Part shown: piece by piece, positions 52,431-64,000 of the stretch
How positions within the stretch are numbered: position 1 is the first letter of the stretch
Layout of the letters: the number at the start of each line of letters is the position of its first letter
NCBI GenBank assembly: GCA_002633005.1
Contig: NMRA01000356.1
Span: 200,167 to 264,166, forward strand
Length of the DNA: 64,000 nucleotides
Origin: Phoronis australis
Taxonomy: Eukaryota > Animalia > Phoronida
Direction: 5' to 3'
Position numbers and translations under genes: made by a program
Notes under the pieces: generated by a model
What the model was told of the DNA's origin: nothing
Database searches by the model: none
Seen by the model: the letters and a program-made list of their open reading frames with translations, nothing else

Positions 52431-54587
52431 ATTTCGTAGCGGTAATTTATAAAAATCAAAAGTTTGCTTCATAGACGGAAAGCGAGTTTATGTTCGTTTT
52501 AATGAAATGATTAGGCCTAATTGCTAAACATAACATTTCTTAATGCCTTACCTTTTAAAATTGATTTTGTCCGATAAATAAAGATTATCTTCGGAATACG
52601 AATGTACCATTTATGATGCGTGCGAATACCTGTGTTATGAATCCCTATGACTGGATCCCTTTGCCCTGACTACATCCAAAATACGAGCCGCTTCTTGCCA
52701 TTGTTATTCACCCGATATTATTCTTAAGCTTTTACTTTTGGCCAGTGGATGCTGGGTGGAAAAATAACCATCAGTCTCGAAAAGAACTTTTTATCATATT
52801 TGTATCTTTTCAAACTACACCAGCTTGAGCGATCACGGTGTCAGTCAGAGGCGGTCTTTGGTGGGAAAGGTGGCATTATAATAAAAAGGTTAGGAGACTG
52901 CACTCAGTTGTGAATGGGTGTTATAACAAAGGCGTTGCTCATTTTGATTTATTTGCACGAAATTTCTGTATTCAGGCATTAGCTCAATCATTTCAATTTC
53001 GCGTAATTATGTAGAAAAAAAATCTCTACGTTTTGTTTCCTTAGTTCAGAGAAGTTTTTCTACAGCTGAGAGCATCAATTACTCCTGAAATGAAATAGGC
53101 ATATTTTCAATCGCAGTTTCATTCCCACTCGTGACGTTATTAAAACATTGTTATTCAATTAGCAATTACAGATCTACCTATGAATACATTTTAACCACAT
53201 GGCCATCTTGAAGTATAACTAGTGACGTGTGAGATAACCCTTCTTCGTATTCACATTAGAGATAAAGATTTTAGTAATATGGCTTGACCGTAATTGTCGA
53301 CTATCTGTGTTTAAAAGTCGCGTAAGAAATGTAAAAGAAAGCTGTCAAAATCTACAAAAATTATTTAAGTCAATGAAAGTTCTGAACCTATTTATCATAT
53401 TGGTCACCCATGAACGCCAGAGGAACGCCTTGGTCATTATTTTTTGCGAACACGGCAGACGCTATTTCATTTTCATTTGTACTTATGACATCTTTGATTA
53501 TGATTCATGAGTCGTCTGCTCTCCATCACTGCTTCACCTGTCGTCTGCTCAGACCACACACAAGTTGACCACATGGTGGCGCTCTACTGCTGGCGCCAGA
53601 CATTCCCACAGAACATACGCGATCGATAATCAAGAAAGTAGTTATACTGAAACAGCAAATTGATTTGCATGATCTTGAAAATATATATTCATAAGGAATG
53701 GTTGTCAAGGAATGGTGCAAATAAATAACTTAGCGTCTCGGAGATAGTAATGTAACAATGACTGATGATAATTGCTGACTGAAGAAATATTTTACATCCG
53801 TAGAAATACACGCCAACGTATTCCTGTAGGATTGGAAACAAATGTGAACTGCTTTCTGTCATTGACGTCAAGTAGTGTTGACACAGCAAATCTCGACATT
53901 ACAATTATTTGTGTACTTTTTACTCAACGTATACAGCCGATTTTGGCTAACAAAAAAATAAAATGAGTCCAACACTCTTTTTACACACTGGTGACGACCC
54001 CGTGAGTTCCGGGTTACCCCCATCGCAAAGCCGTTAGCGTGAAGACAGGGTACTTGACAGAGGCTGATGGAACGAAAGAAAGCGAACCGCACGTATCGCC
54101 TTTCTCCCAAACCGTTAGCTAGGTTTCAATAGCAAATGCACTGCGCACTGCGGTGAGTAAGTCTCTTAAGAGCACAGCTGTGTTTTTGAAAAAGAAAAAA
54201 CATTATTGTAAGATGTCACTCCGAGAGAATGATTTATTTACTTATCGTTACTGTTTTACGCCGCAATTACTTTCATATGGTATTGTCATTAACGAGCTTT
54301 CGACCATGGACAACTAATACCGGCGGTGAAAGACACGTGATAAATCAAGTAACTGCCGTTGTAGTATACAATAAATGTTTATCAGAGAACAATGACAATT
54401 TAAAGACTGAGGATTAAGATTGTAAAATAAAAACAACTTGGTTTTTTTAATTATGGTCCACTTTCCCTCCATTTCATTGGATGTAATCGTTATATTTTTT
54501 TTGAACCAGAGGCTCCTTGTACTGACAATAAAGATACAAGTGCAATGCATAAGATCTTTCCAACCAAATGAATATATGAAAATCATG

Positions 54588-54821
54588 AAAGTATTGGATG
54601 AGAGAGTATACCTGAGTCGCCAAAGTATTGAATAGGGGACTAAGTATACCTGAGTCACCAAAATATTGCATAAGGGAGTATACCTGAGTAACCAAAGTAT
54701 TCGATAAGGGAGTATACCTGAGTCGCCAAAGTATTGGATAAGAGAGTACTGAATCGCCAAAGTATTGGATAAGGGAGTACTGAATCGCCAAAGTATTGGA
54801 TAAAGAAGTATACCTGAGTCG
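54588..54821. repeat. 31-34-bp minisatellite, ~7 copies
   Basis: Unit AGTATACCTGAGTCGCCAAAGTATTGGATAAGGG, with a shorter variant AGTACTGAATCGCC... Confidence 0.93.
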
Positions 54822-55061
54822 AGAGGAGGCAGTGTGGCCTGGTTGATAACTGCCCGCTTTCTTTACTCGAGGTCGTGGGTTCAAGTCCCACCAGGTCACA
54901 CTGCTAAGCCCTTGAGCCAGGTTTCTAGCTCCTCAGCTCGGTTTTAACCATATATTAATAAAGCATAAAAATATTTCCAGGTGATCAGTGCAATGGGCCC
55001 ACATGCGAGGCCTGCGCACGTTTGGTACAACGTGTATCAGACCGCCTGCAATTATTTTTTT
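54822..55061 (+). mobile_element. tRNA-derived SINE, ~240 bp, with 13-bp TSD
   Basis: A box GTGGCCTGGTTG (~54834), B box GGTTCAAGTCCC (54878-54889), CCCTTGAGC.AGG central motif, ATTATTTTTTT tail; TSD TATACCTGAGTCG at 54809-54821 and 55062-55074. Confidence 0.88.
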
Positions 55062-57501
55062 TATACCTGAGTCGCCAAACAAGAATGTTGGTGCACGAAG
55101 ACTTCAGTAGAATTAAACTTCTTAAAAAGTAAATGTAGGCTGCCCTGGCTTCTGTTTTCTGACCCAAGCAAAATTTAAGAAATTGACAGGAAATTCTTAG
55201 CAATTTGATTTTTGTCTTGCACATTTTGTCCTACGATGAAAGAAAATGGTTTCAAGGAAAAACGCAACTCAGAAACAAAAATCACGAAATGAGTAGTTTA
55301 CAGTGGGTCAATGTTTCATAAAGATGGCTTTACTTTGATATATAAAGGCGCATCTATCTCTGTTTTATGACTTAAAAGTTGAAATCTTAGAATTTGCTGT
55401 TGCAAATTGTCTCAAATTTTCCCTTATCATGACAGGTTTTGGTTTCAACCTGCCATTAACAGGGATGGGCACAATTTCGAACGGGCGTGTTAACCTCGTA
55501 AAAATGATGGTTTTTCGGCACTCGTTTTTATTTCCTGACGCCCTGTATGACATGCATGCTTGGAGATGGGAATCATTACGTATCATAATTGAGAAGGATT
55601 TGAGACACAGTTTGTGTCTTTAAGTAACCAGCTATAATTATTTGTAGTTTCGGGTGTGAGCAAAATGATATCACTTTTCAATAAGATTGTTTAAAGCCAC
55701 GTTCGGTGGATCACACTGAAACAGTAATGTAATAAATATTTCAAACTTAAGCTCAGCTAATCTTTCACCAATGTAATCTACTGCAAGGTGTAAGCTATCA
55801 AAAATCTGTGGGCCCCACTCGTTGTCACAATTTTCTATCTCCAATGACCAAGACTTTATAGCCACTCCATGCTCATTGCGAAAATAGACATGACGGATGC
55901 GAATACACCCCTCCCCCTACCGGCGGCTACGGTCCACTGGAGGAGTCGACCACTGAGCAGTTCGGGGACTAGGGTGGAGATCAAAAAGCCTGAGGACCAC
56001 CAAGCACACAAATTTTGCACCTACCCGGTGCAGTTACTGGCTACGGGCATACGGGCATTACCTTCCTCCGACCCCCTCCGCTACGAAATTCCAGCAATTC
56101 TGCTCCCTGGTCGCTACTGTTTCCCCTCACTTGGTCGACAAAACTTTTTAGGAGCCCCTCTGGCTACTAGGCGAGGCCCCTATTTTGTGCGCAGTCATAA
56201 GCTGCATAGTTGCTTAGTTTAATGATACTTCAGCACAACATATTAATATGCCATTCTTATGCATCGTTTTTGTTTGGTTCGTTTTACACTGAGTAGCCGG
56301 TTCGAAGTAATTTATTTTTCCTTAAAACGACAGATAGATATCTTGTTTAATTGACGCCTACACAAATGGCGGTTTAAAGATTGTGAACTCTCGCGTTCGG
56401 GTTTATCGGAATACTTAATTTGAAAGCTGCACGGCTACTCTTTTTTTGGTGAAAATTCAAATTTCCTTACTCTTTTATTGTAGTTTGTTGTAAGCAAACG
56501 TTAAATAGATCAATTTGAATACAGCTCTGACAATCTACATGCCTGTCTCCCTGGGTTTCATTTTTACATAATGTAATCGTAAACATGCCGTGTTTATATA
56601 TAGGACTAAAATTTTAAAAAACACTTACATCGTGTTGCTGCTTCAACCATCCACAGGCTGATATCACTTGCCTACAACGTTGGATGCTTCCCCTAAGCTT
56701 CTAAAAGCAAATCACGTGATGACAACTGTAGTAGGCCTATCACATGTCCATCGACTCAGTCAAGCAAAACCAGGAAATCTAATATTCTGACCAAAATTAT
56801 CAAAACTAATTATTGCAAGTGTCACCTCGCTCGTACAAATCCACGCCAAACTGATCAAGTGGAACATAGGATTGTATCGACACTCACTCACCAATAATCG
56901 TAGGCCTAGTATACATATCAGTAGGATACCGAAAAACTGCGAATTACGGAGCATAAAATTTTCCAGTGATCACAGTCCGTTGTTGTGTCATGTCGGTAGA
57001 TTCATTTCAGTGTCGTCTTCGTTGATGCGACAGCATCTTTATTTGACCATTTGTCATTTCAAGTATTTTCGTAGCCTTAATTTTCCCCCAGAGCATCTGA
57101 GAACAAATCGGGTATTTTCAAAGCCTTAAATTTCAGTCTTTCGGCCAATTAGCCTAAAGTTGGAAAATCACGTGACTTGTCCTATCACAGAAGTTCGTAC
57201 ATGCACAGAAGACGTTGACTACCGAGAGACATTTGATGTGACAGAACTGAACCCGAGTTGTCCTCCAATGCCGAATGAGGTGAACGTTATCTACGCATGT
57301 TCGGACTAAGTCACACGACAAGTCACGTGACTTTCAAACTGGAGAATGATTGCTGCGTGATTGAAGTTCCAACTTGCACAGAAAAAATCAATCTCGACGC
57401 ATCCGAAACGCATCAAATTTCACCTAGGAATGGGAACGCTATTTACGCATGGGCGAATTTCAGTCATGCGCCCTATCATTCTCCATTGCCACATGACATA
57501 A

Positions 57502-57649
57502 CATGGGCGGCGCACCATAGGGGGCTGGGGGGAGGGCTATAGCCCCCACTTTTTTCAGTGCTACGCCGCACATGGTCTATAGGCGGTGCACCACAGGGTG
57601 AGTGAAGGGCCTTCAGCCCCCAACTTTTTTCAGTGCTGCGCCGCCGAGG
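57502..57649. mobile_element. Two tandem ~72-bp GC-rich hairpin MITEs (hAT-like termini)
   Basis: CATGGGCGGCGCAC...GTGCTACGCCGCACATG and TATAGGCGGTGCAC...GTGCTGCGCCGCCG; both contain AGCCCCCA(A)CTTTTTTCAGTGCT. Confidence 0.65.
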
Positions 57650-60129
57650 TTTTCCGGATGCCTCCGAGGCTGCGACAATAACCGAGGTGTTCCGTGTGGG
57701 CCATCTGTAACATAAATACACTATTTTCAATCATTACAAAGGATGGGGTGATGCTTGACCTTCTTAGTTTGCATAGTTGTTGAACATAAGCTTGTCCATT
57801 TTGCTTCATAGATTGATAACGTTATTCGTTGTCTTCATTGAAGAGATAAAGTTAGATCACTCACGGTTTATTGGAATATCTAGAAATTATGGGAATAACA
57901 ATAAAATGAGGCAATTTTGAAAATTCCCGCCACGTGATGTCACCAGTGATCAAGAACACTGGGAACAAACTGTGCACTGCAGATGTCAGCAACTCGTTGT
58001 TTTGCTCACGACCTGACTATAGGCCTACCATTTTTGAAATTCATTTGAAGTCTGCAGACACAGATCTCTTTTGACGCACATCTCAAAGAGTTCTGAGTGT
58101 CAGAAGGGATTTGCTGTTTGAATCCTAATCCCAGTGCTTATCATTAGAAGCACAGGTGTATGTATTTTAGAAAATTGCTTAATCTTTTGCAAAAGTCGTC
58201 AAAAAATTATACCGCGTACATTTACGAATATGTACTAAAATTTCATCAAGCTACTAACCAACAGTGCATATGGGTAAACAAACAATCCGCATAGTGACAG
58301 CTTTGAAATGTCCATCGTATGCGTACTTATGGTGTTTTAAGTAAATCATAACCACTGGAAAGAGCAACGTAACAACCAGGCATGTGTTACGCAGACGCGA
58401 AAACCATTTCTTAAGATTTCGCTGTGTTTTACAAGGGAAGCAGGTGGTCACACAAGCATCTTTCGCGAGATGCATGCGTCTACGGAACTCAACGCTGCAA
58501 AGCGCATCGGTAACTGATGAGGAAAACAAGCTTTGGCATGAAATAAGAGATTACGGTAGCCCGACAGAAGAAACAGAAGATTGAGAGCAGGCACCACTGT
58601 GACCCGGTTTCATCGCGCCTTCGCGACACGCGCGCTAATCTGGTTTGTGCAAAGAATTGCACAGAATTCCCAGGAGCAGGCAATTACATACATTTCGGTA
58701 GTAGCAACAGGAAACAATGAACGCTGGCTCCGACGAGACTGTCTTGTCGTCTGCTGTCTACTCGAGTTGTACGCCATTGTGAATGGTGCTTTTGCCGACA
58801 GGAGAAAATAGGTTAGCCGTAGTGAATGATCAGTTTTTACACGTAAACGAAGAAATTGTTATGTTTTTGTAATGAAATTGATAATATAGTAACCCGTTTT
58901 GTCAACAAATTTATATGGGATATTAACAAAAGTAAGCACGAATCAGTAAGGGTTAAAGGTCTATTGCAAGTGACAAAATGTAGGTTACTTCTCGATACGA
59001 CAGAAAGACAAAACACTCGTATGAAATTTTGACACACTTTGCATTTGAGACAGTTCAAATACGATTTAATAAAGGACTGGACGTGTAAACCCGCAATTTG
59101 TGTAGGCTTATGCATTGATCACAGGCAACACTGCAGACAGGCAAGGGTTAAGCACTTAGGTGTATTTTTCTGGTCTCGAATAAAACGGATGAATTTGCAT
59201 TCTCAATTTTCTCGAATAACTTTTGCCAATGACAATTGACATTAAAACGTAACTAAGCGCTCGAAGAAACAATCTCGATGTTGACGACCGTATTGCTTGT
59301 TGCTGCACCTCATCTAAGTTTGTCTTCAGCCATTTTATCTTGTCAAAATTAATTATTTTTCGAAAGGATTCATTTGCGTTTCTACAGTGAAGAAAATCTC
59401 AGAACTGTATGCTCTGTTTCAGACCTTTTCATTCACTTTGAATTCGTGTAAAGTGCATCTTGCCTTTGCTGTTCTTGTTAACAGCGAGTCGTTAACGAGG
59501 AAGATGCACCGAGTGAGACGCGAACATTTACAATTGAATGCAAGCATTCTTTGAATACACAATGATTTGTCTGTTTGAAGACCAATAGTAATTAAGATTT
59601 CCAGAAATGGTGAGAAGGAAATATTGAACAACCGAACTAAATTGGCCATCATTAAGACGATTTACATCGAGACTGAGAAGACCACGTTTAATCTCAGAAC
59701 CACTTTCAATGTAGAGTATCGAATGTATGCATGTAGAAGTTGTTTTGAAAGATTTACTTGTTAACAAAATAACGACTTTTATACGTTACTCTGAAGTAAC
59801 GTTCCCGTTCTGACGTCATGCTTGCTCACGAGATTTCTTGGACAAAATCGGTTTTAGAAGTAATTAGCTTTGGTCGCAGCATAATACGTTGTGTTGTTGT
59901 TCTTCTACTACAAGTGGCTGAGACCTGACGTTGGCCTCTTGTCTACTGGCTGGTACCCCCGGTAGAATTAACTGAATCGAGGCGCTGACCTTATCAGCTG
60001 CTAGTTGTCCACTACAAAATGGCCGAGGACGCCGACGGTGGTCCACGAAACACTGTCGGCGTAAAAACGCTTGGATATTCATTTTCCTGTATGTGTATGA
60101 GAAGAAGAGGAGAACATCTGATGCACGTT

Positions 60130-60419
60130 GGGACAGTAAACCAAGCTGAGTGATGAACATTTCCAATTATGTCTAGCTCACCCTGTCGGGACAGTAAACC
60201 AAGCTGAGTGATGAACATTTCCAATTATGTCTAGCTCACCCTGTCGGGACAGTAAACCAAGCTGAGTGATGAACATTTCCAATTATGTCTAGCTCACCCT
60301 GTTGGGACAGTAAACAAAGCTGAGTGATGAACATTTCCAATTATGTCTAGCTCACCCTGTCGGGACAGTAAACCAAGCTGAGTGATGAACATTTCCAATT
60401 ATGTCTAGCTCACCCTGTC
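60130..60419. repeat. 58-bp minisatellite x5, nearly perfect
   Basis: GGGACAGTAAACCAAGCTGAGTGATGAACATTTCCAATTATGTCTAGCTCACCCTGTC at 60130, 60188, 60246, 60304 and 60362. Confidence 0.98.
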
Positions 60420-60628
60420 ACGATCGTTCCTCGTTTTTGCTCAGTAGTTGGTTTGGATTCCTGTCTCGTCTTCCAAAAATAGCTCGACTTTCATGCTTAC
60501 TTTTGATTGATTTTAAACATAAACCTGAAGAGCAGCATTGATGCTTGCAGTGTTTGACTAATTAACCGATCCAGTCTCCAAATATATGTTTCGAATGATC
60601 TCAGACTAGCAACTCACTCTTCCCAAAG

Positions 60629-60677
60629 CGATATATGCCAAGTGAAACGATATATGCCAAGTGAAACGATGTATGCC
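60629..60677. repeat. 19-bp tandem repeat x2.5
   Basis: CGATATATGCCAAGTGAAA. Confidence 0.88.
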
Positions 60678-63600
60678 GTCAACATCAACGCATATTGTCT
60701 CAGTCGGGCCACGCTATTGACGCGCCGTCGGGTGCGACAATATGTGCCGTGAACACCGGCACACAGTGTTGCCCCCTTAATATAATACAATGTGTGCTAT
60801 AATAATCGACACAAACAGAGTCGCCATTAGTTTATGTTGAAAACTAGTCTGCTTATCAGTTTTTGCGCATGGGCAGATCCAGTCCGAGAGAGACACAAGT
60901 CGATTGTTGATGATGTGTCTGTCATTATCCCCGCCCCCCACCCCCCAACCCCCACCGAACTCCCGGCGTTGTACTGAAGTGTGAGTACATTTTTGGGTCA
61001 CCATGTATGTCGCAACAAGGTTATGTAGTTCAACAGAGAAGTCGGCGCTCATTTGCCTCCAAACTTTTGGCGAAAACAGGAAAAGGAAAGCATTCACGCA
61101 AAGAAGTAGAAGTGTTTTTGTTTTAAAAGCTCCGGAAAAATGTTGAAACGTTATCTGAGAAAATTTCGTTTAACAGTGTGGAGATTGTTCATGGTGCATT
61201 GTCGCCGATTATGTCACATTAACACTGCAGATAACACGCCAGTCACTTCGTCTGCCGTGTATGAAACTTTCGCTATGTGTACACTGTGATTAGAAGAACA
61301 GTGCAATTAGCGAAGCAAAATGCGTTATTCTATCTGACGGCATTCAACTTGTGGTCTAAAGCTTGAGACGTGCTGTTCAACGTTAATATGAAGCCCTGAT
61401 TGAACACTGATAGTCGAGCGCGACTTCGTATGCGACGTTTAGCTCGATATGACGAGTTCGAACATTTGTCTACACACTACGATTAGTCGTTCACGTTATT
61501 GTCGTACACGAAAAATCAGAATGTATGTAAACAAGGCTTTCGTGCACTCGCGTTACCTTTCATTTATTATTAAGATGAAAATCTCTTTGCTTTTGTTTGT
61601 AATAAATAGATTTACCGACGTTTAAAAAAGAGTTATCAAGCGAAGCTGTCCTTGTGTATATCAACTTAACTGACATTTAAAAGTATTAGGAAATTATATA
61701 AAACTCGCTGTAGAAAACAAGTATTATTTACATAAAATTGTAGTGATTGTTACTATTATAATTTAACAATTAAGTACGAACGGTTTCAACTTTTGAGCGA
61801 CTGCATTTACTTCACCAAGTATTAGCCCAAAGTTCAGATCACTGACTAGCAAACCAGCTGAATGCCAAATAGAACGCCACTGGGCGTAAGAATCTTGGAA
61901 TTACGAACACCATAGCAGAAATCGTATGGATGTAAATGAAGATAATAATTCAATCAAAAATGTGCTCAATTCAATGTCATGTTGATTAAAACGTGTTCGT
62001 AAAGATTACAAAAAGCCATTTTATTCCTTAAAAAAACGTGCCAGGCTTTTTATCCTAACACGAGTGTTGTTGGACGAATAAGAACTATTTTATAAAAGTT
62101 TTCAATGACTGAAAAGTTGTTACATTCCTCAAGACGCTATTCTGTTTGTTCAATAAGCCACGCCCATGCAAAATGTCAATCACAACGCTTTCCGCCACAA
62201 TTGAAATCCAGTGCAGATATTGCCTACGTTTATTAGACTTTTTAGGCAAAGAAAACTTAGTCTGTTCGCCCTTCAAGGGATTTCCCAGTGGGCGGTCGTT
62301 TTGATGCACGAACACACGTGAAGAGAGCTCAGGTTTCACGAACACTATGTAAGACGTACAAGCAGGTAAAATTATAAGTTGGCAAGCTATCGGATGTCAG
62401 CCTTTAGCGTTCGATGGTAAAAAACACCGTTAATTACAGGAAATCCACTCAGCCGGGATAGTTTGCGATTATAAAAAAGCCATTAAAGTGACCAATTTGC
62501 GACTCGGTTTCAACATAAAAATGTCAAAATTTATTTCTTTTATTTCCGTAAGCACTATTCGTAATTTACCATGGCTCCGACACTGTGAATTTATCACCAT
62601 CGAAATAATAGGAACAATGACGTATTTGTTTGCGCTTTTTCATTTGGGTTTAAGGTTCACTGTACTTAAACCAATTATATTAAAAATGTTTAACTATTTA
62701 TACAATAGTTTTTACAAGCATCGTGCAGTGGTAAATAGTTTTAAAAGTGTAATAAAATAATTTCACATTGTTAACTAATATTTTGTACTTTAGTCAATTT
62801 ATGAAAATCACATTTTCGTAAGTCAGTATATAAGCAAAAGTACGTAAAAGGCCTTCAATTTGTATTCGTCATGTTCAAAGTCTGTGGGTAACGCGACAGC
62901 AGACACGTCATTAGGATTCTGTTCACACAAGCGAGCAGCTAAGTACAAATTAACTTGGTAACTCGCTGTCGTTTTTAATGTGCAGTAATTAAATCACACT
63001 CCCAGGCTTTACTACAAGTTAGTTAAATCTGGCAGAAGATGGATTAGGACTATCGCCCTTGAGAGAGCTGATATTCTAATCTATAACAAGTGTCAACTGT
63101 CCAGTGAATCAGGTCCAAGTACTTGGAGTCTGGACATGTTGAAAATATAAATAAGTTCCTAATTTTCTAAATGTTATTACTATAAGTCGCTAGCATTAGT
63201 AAAATAAATCCTTAACAACGACAAGCGGTAGTAGCAACTTCGACAACAAGAACAATGGTTACAAAAACAATAATGATAACGAAAATATCACTGGCATTCA
63301 TAATCATCATGATTTGAATGATAATAATTGCAAAAAAACTAAGTGATAATCATGGATACATTATACATCAAAAACCGAAGCGTTAGTGTAAGGTAAACAG
63401 GTCATGTTTATTTCTATTTTAGTCTTGGATGACTTAGTGCTATATATATGTTGAAAGTGTTCTGTGCCACATAGCCCACAATGTGACTTCCTGTGCTTGA
63501 AGTAATTTTTGTCCACTTTCTATTGATGTGGGCACGCTGACTGACGTATCCATCCGTTGTCCACTATCATGTACGGAACCTGGGGGACATTTCCTTGAAC

Positions 63601-64000
63601 TTGTATCAAAACATTGAAACAGAAGCCGTGTTAAACTGAGTCACTGCACCTTTCTAGTTCACCTGTAGGAGTCAACAATACTTAATTTCGTGCTCGGTCA
63701 CGAACGATTCCCCGGGACGATTCGGGTCGTTAAAAACATGAAATTCTTATAGGTTTGGTCATTTATGGATGGTCGTAAATTTAGCCCGTGTGTGCCCGCG
63801 TGTTTACGGACGTCACTTGAAGAAAAACGGAAGAAAGCCAAGGCGGGACAGATGCAATGATTCGTTAAATCTCTTTCCCACACCGAATTGCCTTTAATTA
63901 TATGTTTGTTCAGACCTGAAGCGTTCTAAATTTGGAATATAATTATATTCAATTCACAGTAAAACCTATTTTTAAATAGTAAACCACGATTTCGGAGCCA

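Noticed and set aside
54822-54895. tRNA gene
   Set aside because: A/B boxes are present but the cloverleaf is poor; the downstream body, tail and TSD indicate a SINE
54314-54899. 148-aa and 141-aa - strand ORFs
   Set aside because: Derived from the minisatellite and SINE; no protein features
60130-60419. CRISPR-like array appearance (also 47066-47249 and 54588-54821)
   Set aside because: Units are contiguous with no unique spacers, there are no cas genes, and the DNA is eukaryotic

Overview
Animal (invertebrate, probably protostome) genomic DNA with two convergent genes. On the - strand is a complete BMP2/4 (dpp) gene: predicted TATA/CCAAT promoter with TSS near 40820, non-coding exon 1 (~40820-40520), coding exons 38927-38588 and 38026-37236 (376 aa), and an AU-rich 3' UTR. 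On the + strand is only the last exon (26172-26763) of an FGFR/RET-like receptor tyrosine kinase; I found no other kinase exon, so 1-26 kb is probably one long intron. By eye, 1-28.4 kb is CpG-depleted (methylated gene-body signature) and 28.5-64 kb retains CpG. The rest is non-coding, with MITEs (hAT, Kolobok-like), a tRNA-derived SINE with a 13-bp TSD, and several minisatellites. The most striking observation is a dense cluster of miR-279-family seed sites plus two miR-92 8mers in the BMP2/4 3' UTR. Nearly all other ORFs in the track look spurious.
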